NCBI GenBank assembly: GCA_015059445.1
Contig: SVAK01000001.1
Coordinates: 25,951 to 89,950 of the forward strand
Length of the DNA stretch: 64,000 nucleotides
Direction: 5' to 3'
DNA from: Bacillota bacterium
GTDB taxonomy: Bacteria > Bacillota_I > Bacilli_A > RF39 > UBA660
Both the position numbers and the translations under genes were made by a program. The notes under the pieces were generated by a model that was not told where the DNA came from, made no database searches, and worked only from the letters and a program-made list of their open reading frames with translations. Positions 10,545-21,840 of this stretch are shown here, piece by piece (the first letter of the stretch is position 1; every line of letters starts with the position of its first letter).

Positions 10545-10982
10545 ATGGAAGAAAATAAAAAAGAAGTAAATGTATTGGATGAACTTAATAAAGGGGCATG
10601 TATGGGAAGAGATGCTATTCATTTTATAATCGATAAAGTAACAGATAATGGGTTAAAAGAAGAATTAAAAAGGGAATATGCTCAGTACCAAAAAATTACA
10701 GATGAAATAAGTGAATTATATCCAGAGTATAGTGATAAAAAACCTCATGATACAAATGCCATGAATAAAGTTATGACTTGGTATGGAATTGAAATTAGAA
10801 CATTAAAAGATGATAGTACATCTAAATTAGCTGAACTTCTTATGCAAGGTGTTAATATGGGAATTATTGAAGGAAGAAGGTTATTAAATCATAAATCAAC
10901 TGATGAAAATATTAACAGATTAGTTCAAGAATATGTTGATATGCAAGAAGAAGCTGTAGAAAACTTAAAATCATATCTATAA
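10545..10982 (+). CDS. Hypothetical protein (about 145 aa)
   Basis: ATG at 10545 sits 9 nt after GGAGG (10531-10535). The track's TTG at 10530 overlaps the RBS. Confidence 0.4.
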   Translation: MEENKKEVNVLDELNKGACMGRDAIHFIIDKVTDNGLKEELKREYAQYQKITDEISELYPEYSDKKPHDTNAMNKVMTWYGIEIRTLKDDSTSKLAELLMQGVNMGIIEGRRLLNHKSTDENINRLVQEYVDMQEEAVENLKSYL

Positions 10983-11061
10983 GCAGAAAAATTTTCTGCT
11001 TTTTAAATGTAAAAAATAGATTTTATGAAAAATTTTTGTTACAATACACCTAGGTGATATC

Positions 11062-11727
11062 ATGCTGGTTTATGGAAGAAATGTCTTAAAAGAATTGGAT
11101 AAGAAGAAAATAAGAAAAATTTATGTAAGTAGTAATGAACTTATACCTTATTTAAAAGAAGAAAAATTAAAATATGATATAGTTCCAAAGCAAAGACTCG
11201 ATAAAATGGTGAAGGGAAATCATCAAGGCATAGTTATTGATATTTATGATTATGAATATTATACAATAAATGATATTGATAGTGATTTTGTAGTAATATT
11301 AGATCATTTAGAAGATCCCCATAACTTTGGAGCAATTATTCGGACATGTGAATGTGCGGGCATTAAAGATATTATTATTCCTAAAGATAGAAGTGTTACA
11401 GTTAATGAAACAGTAGTAAAAGTCTCAGTTGGAGCCATTGAACATGTTAAAATTATTATGGTTAGTAATTTAGTAAATGCAATTAATAAATTAAAAGATA
11501 TGAATTATTTTATATATGCTGCCGATATGGGCGGAGAAAATTATCAAACTATCACATATCCAAAGAAAAAGGCTTTAATTATTGGAAATGAAGGCAAAGG
11601 AATTAGTAGAATAGTTGAAGAAAATAGTGATTTTATAGTAAGTATTCCAATGAAAGGAAGTATAAATAGTTTAAATGCTAGTACATCTGCTGGTATACTA
11701 ATATACGGAATGAATAAAAATGACTAG
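11062..11727 (+). CDS. rlmB: SpoU/TrmH-family RNA 2'-O-methyltransferase (RlmB/YacO-like)
   Basis: Small N-terminal substrate-binding domain plus the C-terminal motif IGNEGKGIS, with NASTSAGILIY near the end. It lies immediately upstream of a sigH-like gene, as in the Bacillus yacO-sigH arrangement. Confidence 0.7.
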   Translation: MLVYGRNVLKELDKKKIRKIYVSSNELIPYLKEEKLKYDIVPKQRLDKMVKGNHQGIVIDIYDYEYYTINDIDSDFVVILDHLEDPHNFGAIIRTCECAGIKDIIIPKDRSVTVNETVVKVSVGAIEHVKIIMVSNLVNAINKLKDMNYFIYAADMGGENYQTITYPKKKALIIGNEGKGISRIVEENSDFIVSIPMKGSINSLNASTSAGILIYGMNKND

Positions 11728-12358
11728 TGAAGAAATATTTAATACAAATGATAATGAATTAATAATGTTATATCATGAAGAAAATGAAGATGCTAAAAAC
11801 ATTTTATTTTACAAATATAAATTTATTATTGATATTTTAATAAAAAAATATAGTAAATATTTATCAAGTTTAAATATAGATTATCAAGAAATTTATAGTG
11901 AATGCACAGTTGGTTTTAGCGATGGCCTTAGAAGCTTTCAAGAAGATAAAAGTGCTAGTTTAGCAACTTTTATAACTTTGTGTATTGAAAGAAGATTAGG
12001 AAACATTATTCGTAAATATAATAGAGAAAAACATAAGGGATTGCAAGAAACATATTCTCTAGATTATGTATATGAAGAAAGTGATTCTAGATTAATGGAT
12101 TTTATTAGCGATGATTATGAACATGATCCTTTAAAGAATATAACTGAGCAAGAAGGGTATAATGAATTAATAGAAAGCATTCAAGATAAATTGACAGTAA
12201 AAGAATATGAGGTATTTGTTTTAATGGTACGAGGCTTGAGTTATTTGGAAATTGCTAAAATTCTTGATAACACACCAAAACAAATTGACAATACAATTCA
12301 AAGGTTAAAAAATAAAATTAGAAATTTATTAAACGAAAAAGAAAATGCAATTGATTAA
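11720..12358 (+). CDS. sigH: Sigma-70-family RNA polymerase sigma factor, SigH-like
   Basis: About 210 aa. Region 2-like segment (FSDGLRSFQEDKSASLATFITLCIERRL) and region 4 HTH (LSYLEIAKILDNTPKQIDNTIQRLKNKIR). Its position after rlmB supports the call. Confidence 0.6.
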   Translation: MTSEEIFNTNDNELIMLYHEENEDAKNILFYKYKFIIDILIKKYSKYLSSLNIDYQEIYSECTVGFSDGLRSFQEDKSASLATFITLCIERRLGNIIRKYNREKHKGLQETYSLDYVYEESDSRLMDFISDDYEHDPLKNITEQEGYNELIESIQDKLTVKEYEVFVLMVRGLSYLEIAKILDNTPKQIDNTIQRLKNKIRNLLNEKENAID

Positions 12359-12444
12359 AATTGTGTTTTTTTATGGATTTTATGTTATTTACAAAAACCA
12401 TAGTATTTGTTATAATCTATTTATAATAAGAGGGAGTGATTCTA

Positions 12445-13542
12445 ATGAAAATGTTAACTGCAGAGATAACAAAACTATTAGATAAATTATATAACCTACG
12501 TGGTGAAGACAGTGTAATACTTTCTAAAATGGATAGCGAAAGATCAAAAGCTGAAGAAACTAAAGAAAGAACTGCTAAAGAAAAAACTACATTACAAGAA
12601 ACTATAACAAATTTAACTGAAGAAGAAAGAGTGCTTGCTGAAGAAGGAGAAAAATTAGTTGCTATATTAAGTAGAATAAAAACTGATGATTTTAAAATCG
12701 TTTTAGAAAAATTAAATGTTGATTTTAATCCAGATAAAATAAGTGAAGAAGTAAATAGGTTGCTTCCTGCTACAATTAGTAAAGTCCAAGAAGAAAAGAA
12801 AAGTGCTGAAGATGGTTTAGTAAAAGTAGAAGTAGAAATGAATACTGCAATTGCTACTATTGAAGAACTTGCAATTAGAAAAGATGAAGCTTTATCTAAT
12901 CAAGCAAGATTAAATGAATATTTTGATTTAGCATTAAATGGAAATATCAATATAACAAGAGATTCTATTACAAGTTTACTAGAAAAGTTTGAATTTACTG
13001 AGGATGAATGCAGAGAAGCTGCTAAAATCATGATGTTCCCAGAAGATGCTTTATATGATTATGAAAATAAAGCCCAAAATGGTAGTACATCAGGAAAGAG
13101 CATTTCTGAAGTTTTTGCTGAAGCAAAAGAATCAGTTGTTATGGAAGAAGAAAAACCAGTGGTAGAGGAAAAAAGTGTTTCTCCAAAAGAAGCTTTAATT
13201 AGTCTGTTAACTGAATTAGGGTTTGATTATTTAGATTTTACAAGTAATGATATTGATAAAGTTTTAGCAAACTATAATGAAACTGATTTAAGAAGAAATG
13301 TAGAATTTGCAAAAGCAAAAGAAATTAAATTAGATTTATTTGTTGATAATGTTGAATTATTATATGACAGGGAATTGGAACAAAAAATAAGCAAATTAAT
13401 TGAAGTTGGAAAAGAACCATTCGATATTTACTTAAATCCAAATATATTAATTAAATATAATATTAAAGATTTAGATAGTACAATTGATAGATTAAAAAAT
13501 AGTGGTCTAGATCCTAAGAAAGTACCATTAATAGCATACTAG
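12445..13542 (+). CDS. Hypothetical coiled-coil/acidic protein
   Basis: ATG at 12445 follows AGGGAG (12431-12436). Heptad-like charged sequence. No motif recognised. Confidence 0.4.
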   Translation: MKMLTAEITKLLDKLYNLRGEDSVILSKMDSERSKAEETKERTAKEKTTLQETITNLTEEERVLAEEGEKLVAILSRIKTDDFKIVLEKLNVDFNPDKISEEVNRLLPATISKVQEEKKSAEDGLVKVEVEMNTAIATIEELAIRKDEALSNQARLNEYFDLALNGNINITRDSITSLLEKFEFTEDECREAAKIMMFPEDALYDYENKAQNGSTSGKSISEVFAEAKESVVMEEEKPVVEEKSVSPKEALISLLTELGFDYLDFTSNDIDKVLANYNETDLRRNVEFAKAKEIKLDLFVDNVELLYDRELEQKISKLIEVGKEPFDIYLNPNILIKYNIKDLDSTIDRLKNSGLDPKKVPLIAY

Positions 13543-13552
13543 GAGGGATAAA

Positions 13553-14371
13553 ATGGAAAAAAAGATAGCGTTATTAAATATAAATGATGCTGAACTTGCT
13601 AAATTACCTAAATTTATGGCTTCATTAACGTTTGTAACAGCCGATGAAATGAGTGCAATTTTAGATTTTTTGAAATCAAAAGGAGTTGTAATTACTTTAG
13701 CTCATGAGTTAACTATATTTGCTAATGCATTAGAAGATATAAAAAGAAAATTTAGCATTTTAGAAGAAGTTCACGCTATAGATATTTATATACAAAATCC
13801 AATAATGATAAACAAGAATGCAATTGAAATTTATAAAAAAATAAATTATTGCATACAAAATAGTGTACCATACAAAAAAGAAGATGGTACCTATGAACCT
13901 TTTTTATTCAGCGAAAGTGAATGGCAAAAAAAGTTTAATAAAGATGCTGAACTTATTGCAAGTGCGGAACCAAATCGAGCTTTAGGAGAAAGTGTTGTTA
14001 CATTAGAACCTGTAATAACTTCTGAACAAGTTGTTATTCCTTTTGAGCCTGTATCACAAGTTTCAGAGGAACCAAGAAAAGCGCCTCAAGATGATAGATA
14101 TATGGATATTCAAGAATTCATGAGTTCTCCAGAAGAAATACAACCTACAACATTAAATTTTGCTAGTTTAAAAGATTCTGTAAGTAAAATGCATACTGAA
14201 CTGAATGGAATAAGCGCTCAAGCATCAAGCCTTGCATCTGAAAGAAAAAAATTAGAAAACCAATATGCTAATTTAAGTTTATATAAAGATTCATTAGCAC
14301 AGGAGTTGGCAGATGACTTTGTAGGTTTTGATGAAATAGAACCTGATTATAGAACAAGGAGAGCGGCATAA
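13553..14371 (+). CDS. Hypothetical protein (272 aa)
   Basis: RBS GGAGGG precedes the ATG. Translationally coupled to its neighbours. Confidence 0.4.
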   Translation: MEKKIALLNINDAELAKLPKFMASLTFVTADEMSAILDFLKSKGVVITLAHELTIFANALEDIKRKFSILEEVHAIDIYIQNPIMINKNAIEIYKKINYCIQNSVPYKKEDGTYEPFLFSESEWQKKFNKDAELIASAEPNRALGESVVTLEPVITSEQVVIPFEPVSQVSEEPRKAPQDDRYMDIQEFMSSPEEIQPTTLNFASLKDSVSKMHTELNGISAQASSLASERKKLENQYANLSLYKDSLAQELADDFVGFDEIEPDYRTRRAA

Positions 14372-14658
14372 TGAAGTTTTTAGAAAAGTATGATTTTAAT
14401 AAAGAAGAAATAGCTGATTTCTTAAATAATTCCCCTAAAAAATTAATTGATGCTATTAAAACTAATAAGAAATTAGTATGTGAAAATATTAATTATCTAA
14501 AAGATTTAGGTGTAACAAACTACCAACAAATATTTTTGGAATATTATGATATGTTTTTAATGGATCATAGTAATTTTGTGGAAGTATTCTCAAAATATGA
14601 ACCAGAAGATTTAATCGAAAAATTAAAGAAAAATGTTAGAATAGTAGAATATTTATAA
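14371..14658 (+). CDS. Hypothetical protein (95 aa)
   Basis: ATGA start/stop overlap with the upstream gene. Confidence 0.4.
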   Translation: MKFLEKYDFNKEEIADFLNNSPKKLIDAIKTNKKLVCENINYLKDLGVTNYQQIFLEYYDMFLMDHSNFVEVFSKYEPEDLIEKLKKNVRIVEYL

Positions 14659-14759
14659 AGATGTTTAAAACATCTTCTTTTATTTGTGTCAACTAAGTGC
14701 TAAATTGATTTATAAAAAAACTTTAGAATGTTATAATATAAACATAAGGAGAAATGATT

Positions 14760-15773
14760 ATGAAATGTGTTGCAATTAAAGGGGTTAAAGAATTTGAAGT
14801 AAAAGAAATACCGGAATTAGAACCAGAAAAAGGAAAAGTTTTAATTAACGTAAAAAAAACTGGTATTTGTGGTTCTGATATTCATTATTGGGATTTAGGA
14901 AGTCCAGAAGGTCTTGTTATGGGCCACGAATATTCAGGCGTTGTAGTTGATAATGGTGGCAGAGAAGATTTAAATATTGGGGATCGAGTAACAGCCTTAC
15001 CTATTTCGCCTTGTGGAAAATGTGAAGCTTGTTTAACTGGAAATATTCATTATTGTTCAGAAACATGGAATCATGCTAGTGGATTATCATTAGATAATTC
15101 TGGAGGACTTGCTCCACAGTTAAAGGTTCGTAGTGATATGGTGTTGAAATTACCAGATAATATGAGTGATGAAGAAGGTGCTTTAGTAGAACCAACTGCA
15201 GTTGGTTATCATGCAGTTAATTTAGCTAATGTTAAAGTAGGTGATCACGTCTTAGTAGTTGGTGGAGGAATTATTGGTTTAGTTTCTGCTATGTTTGCTA
15301 AAAAAAGTGGGGCAAGCAAAGTAATAGTTTCTGAAGCTAATGAAAGTCGTGGAGAAATGGCTGTTAAACTTGGTGTAGCAGATGCATGGGTTGATGCTAA
15401 AAATCAAGATGAAATGAATAAATATGCGGGTACTTTTGATAGAGTAATTGAATGTTGTGGTAATGCTCCAGCAGTTAATAGTGCATTAACTTTAGTTAAA
15501 GCTGGTGGTACTGTGGTATTAGTTGGAGTATCTATGAATCTAATTAACTATATGAGTATCGCACACGTTATGAGAGAATTAAATGTAATTGGAGCAATAG
15601 CATATACAAAAGAAGAATTTGCTAAATGTATAAGTATGATTGCTAACAAAGAAATTGATGTAATGAAATTTGTTTCCAAAACAGTAACTTTAGAAGAAGT
15701 TCAATCCTCTTATGAAGAACTTACAAGCGGAAATTCAAGTTGTATTAAAATATTAGTTGATCCAAATAAATAA
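14760..15773 (+). CDS. Zinc-dependent medium-chain alcohol/polyol dehydrogenase
   Basis: GICGSDIHYW and GHEYSGVV catalytic-zinc motifs. Structural-zinc Cys cluster CGKCEAC..C. Rossmann motif VVGGGIIG. I prefer ATG 14760, 8 nt after AAGGAG. Confidence 0.85.
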   Translation: MKCVAIKGVKEFEVKEIPELEPEKGKVLINVKKTGICGSDIHYWDLGSPEGLVMGHEYSGVVVDNGGREDLNIGDRVTALPISPCGKCEACLTGNIHYCSETWNHASGLSLDNSGGLAPQLKVRSDMVLKLPDNMSDEEGALVEPTAVGYHAVNLANVKVGDHVLVVGGGIIGLVSAMFAKKSGASKVIVSEANESRGEMAVKLGVADAWVDAKNQDEMNKYAGTFDRVIECCGNAPAVNSALTLVKAGGTVVLVGVSMNLINYMSIAHVMRELNVIGAIAYTKEEFAKCISMIANKEIDVMKFVSKTVTLEEVQSSYEELTSGNSSCIKILVDPNK

Positions 15774-15782
15774 AATGTGAAA

Positions 15783-15808
15783 GTAAATACTTAGGTATTT
15801 GCTTTTTT
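15783..15808 (+). terminator. Rho-independent terminator
   Basis: Stem GTAAATAC / GTATTTGC (8 bp including one G-U pair), loop TTAG, followed by a run of six T. Confidence 0.6.
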
Positions 15809-15917
15809 ATAGGCTTAATAAATAAAAAAAGGCAAAATATTGTTTTGTATAATGTTTTGTGGTAAAATCTAACTAATTGATTGAAACTATAAAGAATTCA
15901 ATAATTATATTGGAAGG

Positions 15918-17351
15918 ATGATAAAGTTGGCAAATAAAAAAATAACAAGTAGAGATATAGATTTTGCACAATGGTATACTGATGTTGTTAATGCTGCTCA
16001 TTTAGCTACTTATTCAAATGTTAAAGGATGTATTATACTTGAACCTAGTGGTTATGCAATATGGGAAATGATGCAAAAAAAACTAGATAAAATGTTTAAA
16101 GAAACTGGTCACAAGAACGTAGCTATGCCAATGTTGATACCAGAAAATTTGATGAATAAAGAAAGCGAGTTAATAAATGGATTTGCGCCAGAAGTTGCTT
16201 GGGTTACAATGGGTGGAAGTAAAAAATTAGAGGAAAGAATGTGTATTAGGCCAACATCTGAGACTTTATTTAGTGATTACTTTGCAACAAAAGTAAAATC
16301 TTACAGAGATTTACCATTAAAATATAATCAATGGTGTTCTGTCATGCGTTGGGAAAAAGAAACCAGACCTTTTCTTAGAAGTCGTGAATTTTGGTGGCAA
16401 GAAGGGCATACTGTTCATTCTACTCAAGAAGATGCCGAAAAAGAAACTAAGGATATGCTAAATATTTATAAGACTTTTTTTGAAAAATATTTAGCTATCC
16501 CAGTACTTACTGGTAAAAAAACAGAGAAAGAAAAATTTGCTGGTGCTGATTATACTTTAACGATAGAGGCACTGATGTATAATGGTGTATCACTACAATC
16601 AGGTACTAGCCATTATTTTGGTCAAAGATTTAGTAAAGCTTATGATATTAAATTTTTAAATAAAGATAATGAATTGGAAAATGCGTATCAAACATCGTGG
16701 GGAGTTTCATCTCGAATGATAGGCGCTTTAATTATGGTTCATAGTGATGATGATGGTTTAGTACTTCCACCTAATATTGCTCCAATACAAGTAGCAATTA
16801 TCCCTATTGGTGATGATTCTAAAGTTCAAAATCTAGTTAATGAAACTTATACAAAATTAGTAGATAATAATGTTACAGCATATGTAGATAACACTGATAA
16901 ATCTCCGGGATTTAAATTTGCAGAAGCAGAAGTAAATGGAATACCAGTCAGGATAGAAATAGGAGCAAGAGATTTAGAAAACGGATTAGTTACAATAGCA
17001 CGACGTGATACTAAAGAAAAATATCAAATACCATATGATACAAATATAGTTGAGTATGTTAAAGAGTTAATGAACAAAATTCAAGAGGATATGTTTAATA
17101 AGGCAAAAATTAGAAACGAAAGTAAAACTTACGAATGTCATAAATTAGAAGAAGTAGAAGAAATTATGAACAATAATCCAGGCTTTGTTAAAGCAATGTG
17201 GTGTGGCAATGAAGAATGTGAACTTAAAATGAAAGAAATTCGTGGAACTAAATCTAGATGTATTTTAGAAAATCATGAACCTATTGATAATAAATGTATT
17301 GTGTGTGGTAAAGACGCTAAAGAATTAGTAGTGTGGGGTATACAATATTAA
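15918..17351 (+). CDS. proS: Prolyl-tRNA synthetase, archaeal/eukaryotic-type (class II)
   Basis: About 477 aa with no bacterial-type editing insertion. C-terminal zinc-binding domain with CIVCGK. Class II core motifs. The exact start is uncertain (TTG at 15933 is an alternative). Confidence 0.88.
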   Translation: MIKLANKKITSRDIDFAQWYTDVVNAAHLATYSNVKGCIILEPSGYAIWEMMQKKLDKMFKETGHKNVAMPMLIPENLMNKESELINGFAPEVAWVTMGGSKKLEERMCIRPTSETLFSDYFATKVKSYRDLPLKYNQWCSVMRWEKETRPFLRSREFWWQEGHTVHSTQEDAEKETKDMLNIYKTFFEKYLAIPVLTGKKTEKEKFAGADYTLTIEALMYNGVSLQSGTSHYFGQRFSKAYDIKFLNKDNELENAYQTSWGVSSRMIGALIMVHSDDDGLVLPPNIAPIQVAIIPIGDDSKVQNLVNETYTKLVDNNVTAYVDNTDKSPGFKFAEAEVNGIPVRIEIGARDLENGLVTIARRDTKEKYQIPYDTNIVEYVKELMNKIQEDMFNKAKIRNESKTYECHKLEEVEEIMNNNPGFVKAMWCGNEECELKMKEIRGTKSRCILENHEPIDNKCIVCGKDAKELVVWGIQY

Positions 17352-17381
17352 AACAATTAATGCATAATTAATTGTTTTTTT
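17352..17381 (+). terminator. Rho-independent terminator
   Basis: Perfect 10-bp stem AACAATTAAT / ATTAATTGTT, loop GCATA, then a T-run. Confidence 0.6.
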
Positions 17382-17436
17382 GTTTGTTAAGAATATTATT
17401 TATAGTATAATATTTTTATAAGAACGGGGAATTAAA

Positions 17437-19098
17437 ATGACAGATATTGAAATTTCTAAAAGTATTAAATTGCATAATATTAAAGATATAGCTGAATCTC
17501 TCGGTTTAAATGAAGAAGATATAGAAGAATATGGAAAATATAAAGCGAAAATAACCAATAAAGTTTTGGAAAAATTAAAGGATAAAAAAAATGGTAAATT
17601 AGTTTTAGTAACATCAATTAATCCAACACCTTTAGGCGAAGGTAAAACAACAATGTCTATTGCTATAGCTGATGGGTTAAAAAAAATAGGAAAGAATGCC
17701 ATATTAGCTTTAAGAGAACCATCTTTAGGACCAGTATTTGGTATTAAAGGTGGAGCTACTGGCGGAGGCATGGTTCAAATTGCTCCGATGGAAGATATCA
17801 ATCTTCATTTTACTGGCGATATTCATGCAATTACAGCTGCTAATAATTTACTAGCAAGCTTAATTGATAATCATATATACTTTGGTAATGAATTGGGTTT
17901 TAAAAAAGTAACGTGGAAAAGATGTCTGGATTTAAATGATAGACAGTTAAGAAAAGTTAATACTGGTTTATCTGAAGAGGGTAAAATGGTATCTAGAATG
18001 GATTCTTTTGACATTTCGGTTGCATCAGAAGTAATGGCAATTTTATGTTTAGCTACAGATTTACAAGATTTAAAATTACGTTTGGGTAATATTTTAGTAG
18101 GTTATAACCATAATGATGAAGCAATTTATGCTAAAGATTTAAAAGCTGAAGGAAGTATGGCAGCATTATTAAAAGATGCTATTAAACCAAATTTAGTTCA
18201 AACTTTAGAGCATACACCTGCTATAGTGCATGGTGGGCCTTTTGCTAACATAGCCCATGGATGTAATAGTATTATTGCTACGAAAATGGCTTTGAAATTA
18301 AGTGATTATGTTATTACGGAAGCAGGTTTTGGGGCTGATTTAGGAGCTGAAAAATTTTTAGATATAAAATGTCGCATTGGTAATTTAAAGCCTGATGCAG
18401 TGGTCATTGTAGCAACAATGAAAGCTTTGAAATATCATGGTGGAGTTTCCATTTCAGATGTAGAAAAAGAAAATGTTGAAGGATTAGAAAAAGGCCTAAA
18501 AAATTTATTACATCATATTAACCATTTGAAAAATAATTATGGTCTTAATGTTATGGTGGCTATTAACAAATATGGTTTTGATACGCAAAATGAAATAGAC
18601 TTTTTAAGTAAAAAGTTAGAAGAACAAAGTGTTTTACTTAGTTTAGTTGAAGGTTACACGCTGGGTGGTTTAGGAGCAATGGATATTGCAAATAAATTAG
18701 TAAATTTATCAGAAGTTGAAAGTGAATTTAAATATATATATAATCTAGATGATTCTATTGAAGAAAAAATAAGAAAAGTTGCTACTAATATTTATGGGGC
18801 AAAAGATGTAACATATGAAGAAGAAGCTTTAAAGGAAATTAAAATTATTGAAAGGCTTGGTTATGATAAATTTCCTATATGTATTGCAAAAACTCAATAT
18901 TCTTTATCTGATGATCCGAAAAACTTAGAATGCAATAATGAATATAATATTACAGTTAGAAATATTGAGTTAAAAACAGGAGCTGGATTTATAGTAGTAT
19001 TAACAGGGAATGTAATGACAATGCCTGGGTTATCTAGAAATCCATCTGCCGAAAAAATAGACATTGATGATAATGGTAATATAATTGGTATATTTTAA
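17437..19098 (+). CDS. fhs: Formate--tetrahydrofolate ligase
   Basis: PTPLGEGKTT P-loop. Full-length, about 553 aa, typical of FTHFS. Confidence 0.92.
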   Translation: MTDIEISKSIKLHNIKDIAESLGLNEEDIEEYGKYKAKITNKVLEKLKDKKNGKLVLVTSINPTPLGEGKTTMSIAIADGLKKIGKNAILALREPSLGPVFGIKGGATGGGMVQIAPMEDINLHFTGDIHAITAANNLLASLIDNHIYFGNELGFKKVTWKRCLDLNDRQLRKVNTGLSEEGKMVSRMDSFDISVASEVMAILCLATDLQDLKLRLGNILVGYNHNDEAIYAKDLKAEGSMAALLKDAIKPNLVQTLEHTPAIVHGGPFANIAHGCNSIIATKMALKLSDYVITEAGFGADLGAEKFLDIKCRIGNLKPDAVVIVATMKALKYHGGVSISDVEKENVEGLEKGLKNLLHHINHLKNNYGLNVMVAINKYGFDTQNEIDFLSKKLEEQSVLLSLVEGYTLGGLGAMDIANKLVNLSEVESEFKYIYNLDDSIEEKIRKVATNIYGAKDVTYEEEALKEIKIIERLGYDKFPICIAKTQYSLSDDPKNLECNNEYNITVRNIELKTGAGFIVVLTGNVMTMPGLSRNPSAEKIDIDDNGNIIGIF

Positions 19099-19105
19099 AA
19101 TAAAA

Positions 19106-19142
19106 AATAATTAGTGTTTTTAATTACTAATTATTTTTTTGT
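19106..19142. terminator. AT-rich bidirectional hairpin terminator between convergent genes
   Basis: Inverted repeat AATAATTAGT / ACTAATTATT flanked by A- and T-runs. Confidence 0.45.
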
Positions 19143-19891
19143 CTGCTTTTCTTCCATTGAATATGATAAGCAATAATAAGTTGTAGTCTATAAGGAATAA
19201 ATCTTAAACCAAAGTTACCAAGTTTCATAGATAGAGTAGGAAGAATAATCATTTTTTCTTGAAACATTTTATCTATTCCATATTTTGCCACATATTCACT
19301 CGATACTTCTTTAATACCAAAAGTTCCTTTTGCAACTTTATTAAATTCAGTACTAGTTGGCCCTGGGCATAAGGCGGAGATTACAACTTTGCTTTTTCTT
19401 TGTCTTAATTCTTCATTTATAGCCATTGTTAATTTTGTTAAATAATTTTTAGTGGCATAATAAGTATTTAATTTGGGGCCTGCCATAAAACCCGCTGATG
19501 AGCAAACATTTAAAATGTAACCGGAATCTTTTTTAATAAAATCTTTTAAGAATAATTTAGTTAATATATGTGGTGCTTTAATATTAACATCTATCATATT
19601 AAGTTCTACAGCTAAATCAGTTTCAGCAAAATCACCAAATAAACCAAATCCAGCATTATTAATTAAAATATCAATATTTTCTTCTTTGCATTTTTCATAT
19701 AATTTATAAACATTACTCTCTTTACCCAAATCCAAACTAATAATTTTAGTATTTACATTTAATTCTTTAGCTAAACTTTCTAATTTTTCTTTTCGTCTAG
19801 CTACTAATACTAAATCTATTCCTAATTTATCTAAATATCTGGCCATATCTCTTCCGATGCCAGAAGATGCTCCAGTAATAAGTGCTTTCAT
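19127..19891 (-). CDS. Short-chain dehydrogenase/reductase (SDR) family oxidoreductase
   Basis: ITGASSGIG cofactor motif, NNAG and a YxxxK catalytic pair. Confidence 0.8.
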   Translation of the reverse strand: MKALITGASSGIGRDMARYLDKLGIDLVLVARRKEKLESLAKELNVNTKIISLDLGKESNVYKLYEKCKEENIDILINNAGFGLFGDFAETDLAVELNMIDVNIKAPHILTKLFLKDFIKKDSGYILNVCSSAGFMAGPKLNTYYATKNYLTKLTMAINEELRQRKSKVVISALCPGPTSTEFNKVAKGTFGIKEVSSEYVAKYGIDKMFQEKMIILPTLSMKLGNFGLRFIPYRLQLIIAYHIQWKKSRQKNN

Positions 19892-21840
19892 TATTTTATT
19901 TCTCCTTTTAATTCAAATAAAATATCTCTAAGTTCCATTGCTCTTTCAAAATCTAAAGCCTTTGCTGCATTACGCATTTCTTCTTCAATTTTAACTATCA
20001 TATCTAAAGTTTCTTTTTTGCTCATTTTCTTCTTTTTATCTTTAGTTTCAACTTGATTAGAAATAACTTCTTTAATATCTTTAATAATTGTTTTAGGAAT
20101 AATTCCATTTTCTTTATTAAACTTATCTTGAATTTCTCTTCTTCTATTAGTTTCTTCAATTGCAATATTCATTGCTTCACTATAAGCATCTGCATACATA
20201 ATAACCTTACCATTTTCATTTCTAGCACATCTACCTATAGTTTGAATTAAACTGCGACTACTTCTTAAGAAACCTTGTTTATCAGCATCTAAAATACATA
20301 TTAGTGATACTTCAGGAATATCAATACCTTCTCTAAGTAGGTTAATTCCTACAACTACGTCGTATATACCACATCTTAAATCATGAATAATTTTAAGTCT
20401 TTCTAATGTTTTTATTTCATTATGTAAGTAAGCTACCTTAATATTCATTTCTTTTAAATAGTTAGTTAATTCTTCACTCATTCTAATAGTTAGGGTAGTA
20501 ATTAAAACTCTTTCATTTAAACTAATTCTTTTGTTAATTTCTCCAATAATATCATCTATTTGACCTTCTGTTTGTCTTACTTCAATAGTTGGATCGAGTA
20601 GTCCGGTTGGTCTAATTATTTGTTCTGTAACCTGATCTACTTTTTCCAATTCATAATCTCCAGGGGTTGCTGATACAAAAATGGCCTGATTTATTTTATT
20701 TTCAAATTCTTCAAAACGAAGAGGTCTATTATCCAGAGCACTAGGAAGCCTAAAACCATAATCTACTAAAGTTTGTTTACGCATTCTATCTCCATTATAC
20801 ATTCCTCTAACTTGAGGTAGGGTAACATGCGATTCATCTACTACTAGTAAAAAATCATTAGGCATAAAATCTATTAAACATGTAGGAGTAACACCTTCTT
20901 CTCTTAAAGCTAAATGTCTTGCATAATTTTCTACACCATTGCAATATCCTGTTTCTTTCAACATTTCAAGATCATAATTAACTCGTTCTCTAAGTCTTTG
21001 TTCTTCGATATATTTATCATTATTTTTAAACCATTGTAATCTTTCTTCTTTTTCTTTTTCAATTCTTTTAATGGCCTCTTCTAATTTTTCAGGACTAGTT
21101 ACAAAATGAGACGCTGGAGAGATTGTGATAGTTTTTTTTGATTCCTTTACTACACCAGTAAGAGGATCAAACTCGGTGATAGCTTCTACAATATCATCGT
21201 CCAATTCGATTCTAATACCAGATGCTTTTTCGTTAACTGGTATAATATCTATTGATGAACCTCTTACTCTAAAGGTGCCGCGATGAAAATCTAAATCACT
21301 TCGTTCATATGTCATGTCTACTAATTTGTCTATAATTTTATTTCGATTGACTTTATCACCAACACTTAGAATTAACATATTTTTTTCGTATTCTTCTTTT
21401 TCGCCAATACCATAAATACAAGAAACTGAGGCTACAACAATAACATCTTTATGATTAATTAAAGCACTTGTAGCACTATGTCTAAGTTCATCAATTTCAT
21501 CATTAACAGAGGCATCTTTTTCTATATAAGTATCACTTGAAGGTACATAAGCCTCTGGTTGATAATAGTCATAATACGATACAAAGTATTCTACATGATT
21601 ATTAGGAAATAACTCTTTAAATTCACTATATAATTGTCCTGCTAAAGTTTTATTGTGAGCTAGAACTAGAGTAGGTTTGTTTACTTCTTTAATAACATTA
21701 GCAATTGTAAAAGTTTTACCAGTACCAGTTGCACCTAATAAAACTTGATATTTTTTATTGTTATTAATTCCTTCAACTAATTCTTTTATAGCATTGGGTT
21801 GATCTCCATTTGGTTGGTATTTAGAAACTAATTTAAACAT
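19891..21840 (-). CDS. uvrB: Excinuclease ABC subunit B
   Basis: [10 protein letters not shown] Walker A. Helicase motifs, a beta-hairpin region and the C-terminal UVR domain ([12 protein letters not shown]). 649 aa. Confidence 0.95.
   Translation of the reverse strand: MFKLVSKYQPNGDQPNAIKELVEGINNNKKYQVLLGATGTGKTFTIANVIKEVNKPTLVLAHNKTLAGQLYSEFKELFPNNHVEYFVSYYDYYQPEAYVPSSDTYIEKDASVNDEIDELRHSATSALINHKDVIVVASVSCIYGIGEKEEYEKNMLILSVGDKVNRNKIIDKLVDMTYERSDLDFHRGTFRVRGSSIDIIPVNEKASGIRIELDDDIVEAITEFDPLTGVVKESKKTITISPASHFVTSPEKLEEAIKRIEKEKEERLQWFKNNDKYIEEQRLRERVNYDLEMLKETGYCNGVENYARHLALREEGVTPTCLIDFMPNDFLLVVDESHVTLPQVRGMYNGDRMRKQTLVDYGFRLPSALDNRPLRFEEFENKINQAIFVSATPGDYELEKVDQVTEQIIRPTGLLDPTIEVRQTEGQIDDIIGEINKRISLNERVLITTLTIRMSEELTNYLKEMNIKVAYLHNEIKTLERLKIIHDLRCGIYDVVVGINLLREGIDIPEVSLICILDADKQGFLRSSRSLIQTIGRCARNENGKVIMYADAYSEAMNIAIEETNRRREIQDKFNKENGIIPKTIIKDIKEVISNQVETKDKKKKMSKKETLDMIVKIEEEMRNAAKALDFERAMELRDILFELKGEIK

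Noticed and set aside
15774-15917. Checked upstream of proS for a T-box leader
   Set aside because: The leader is only about 144 nt and lacks the conserved T-box sequence and an antiterminator/terminator pair. Only a simple terminator (15783-15808) from the upstream gene is present.
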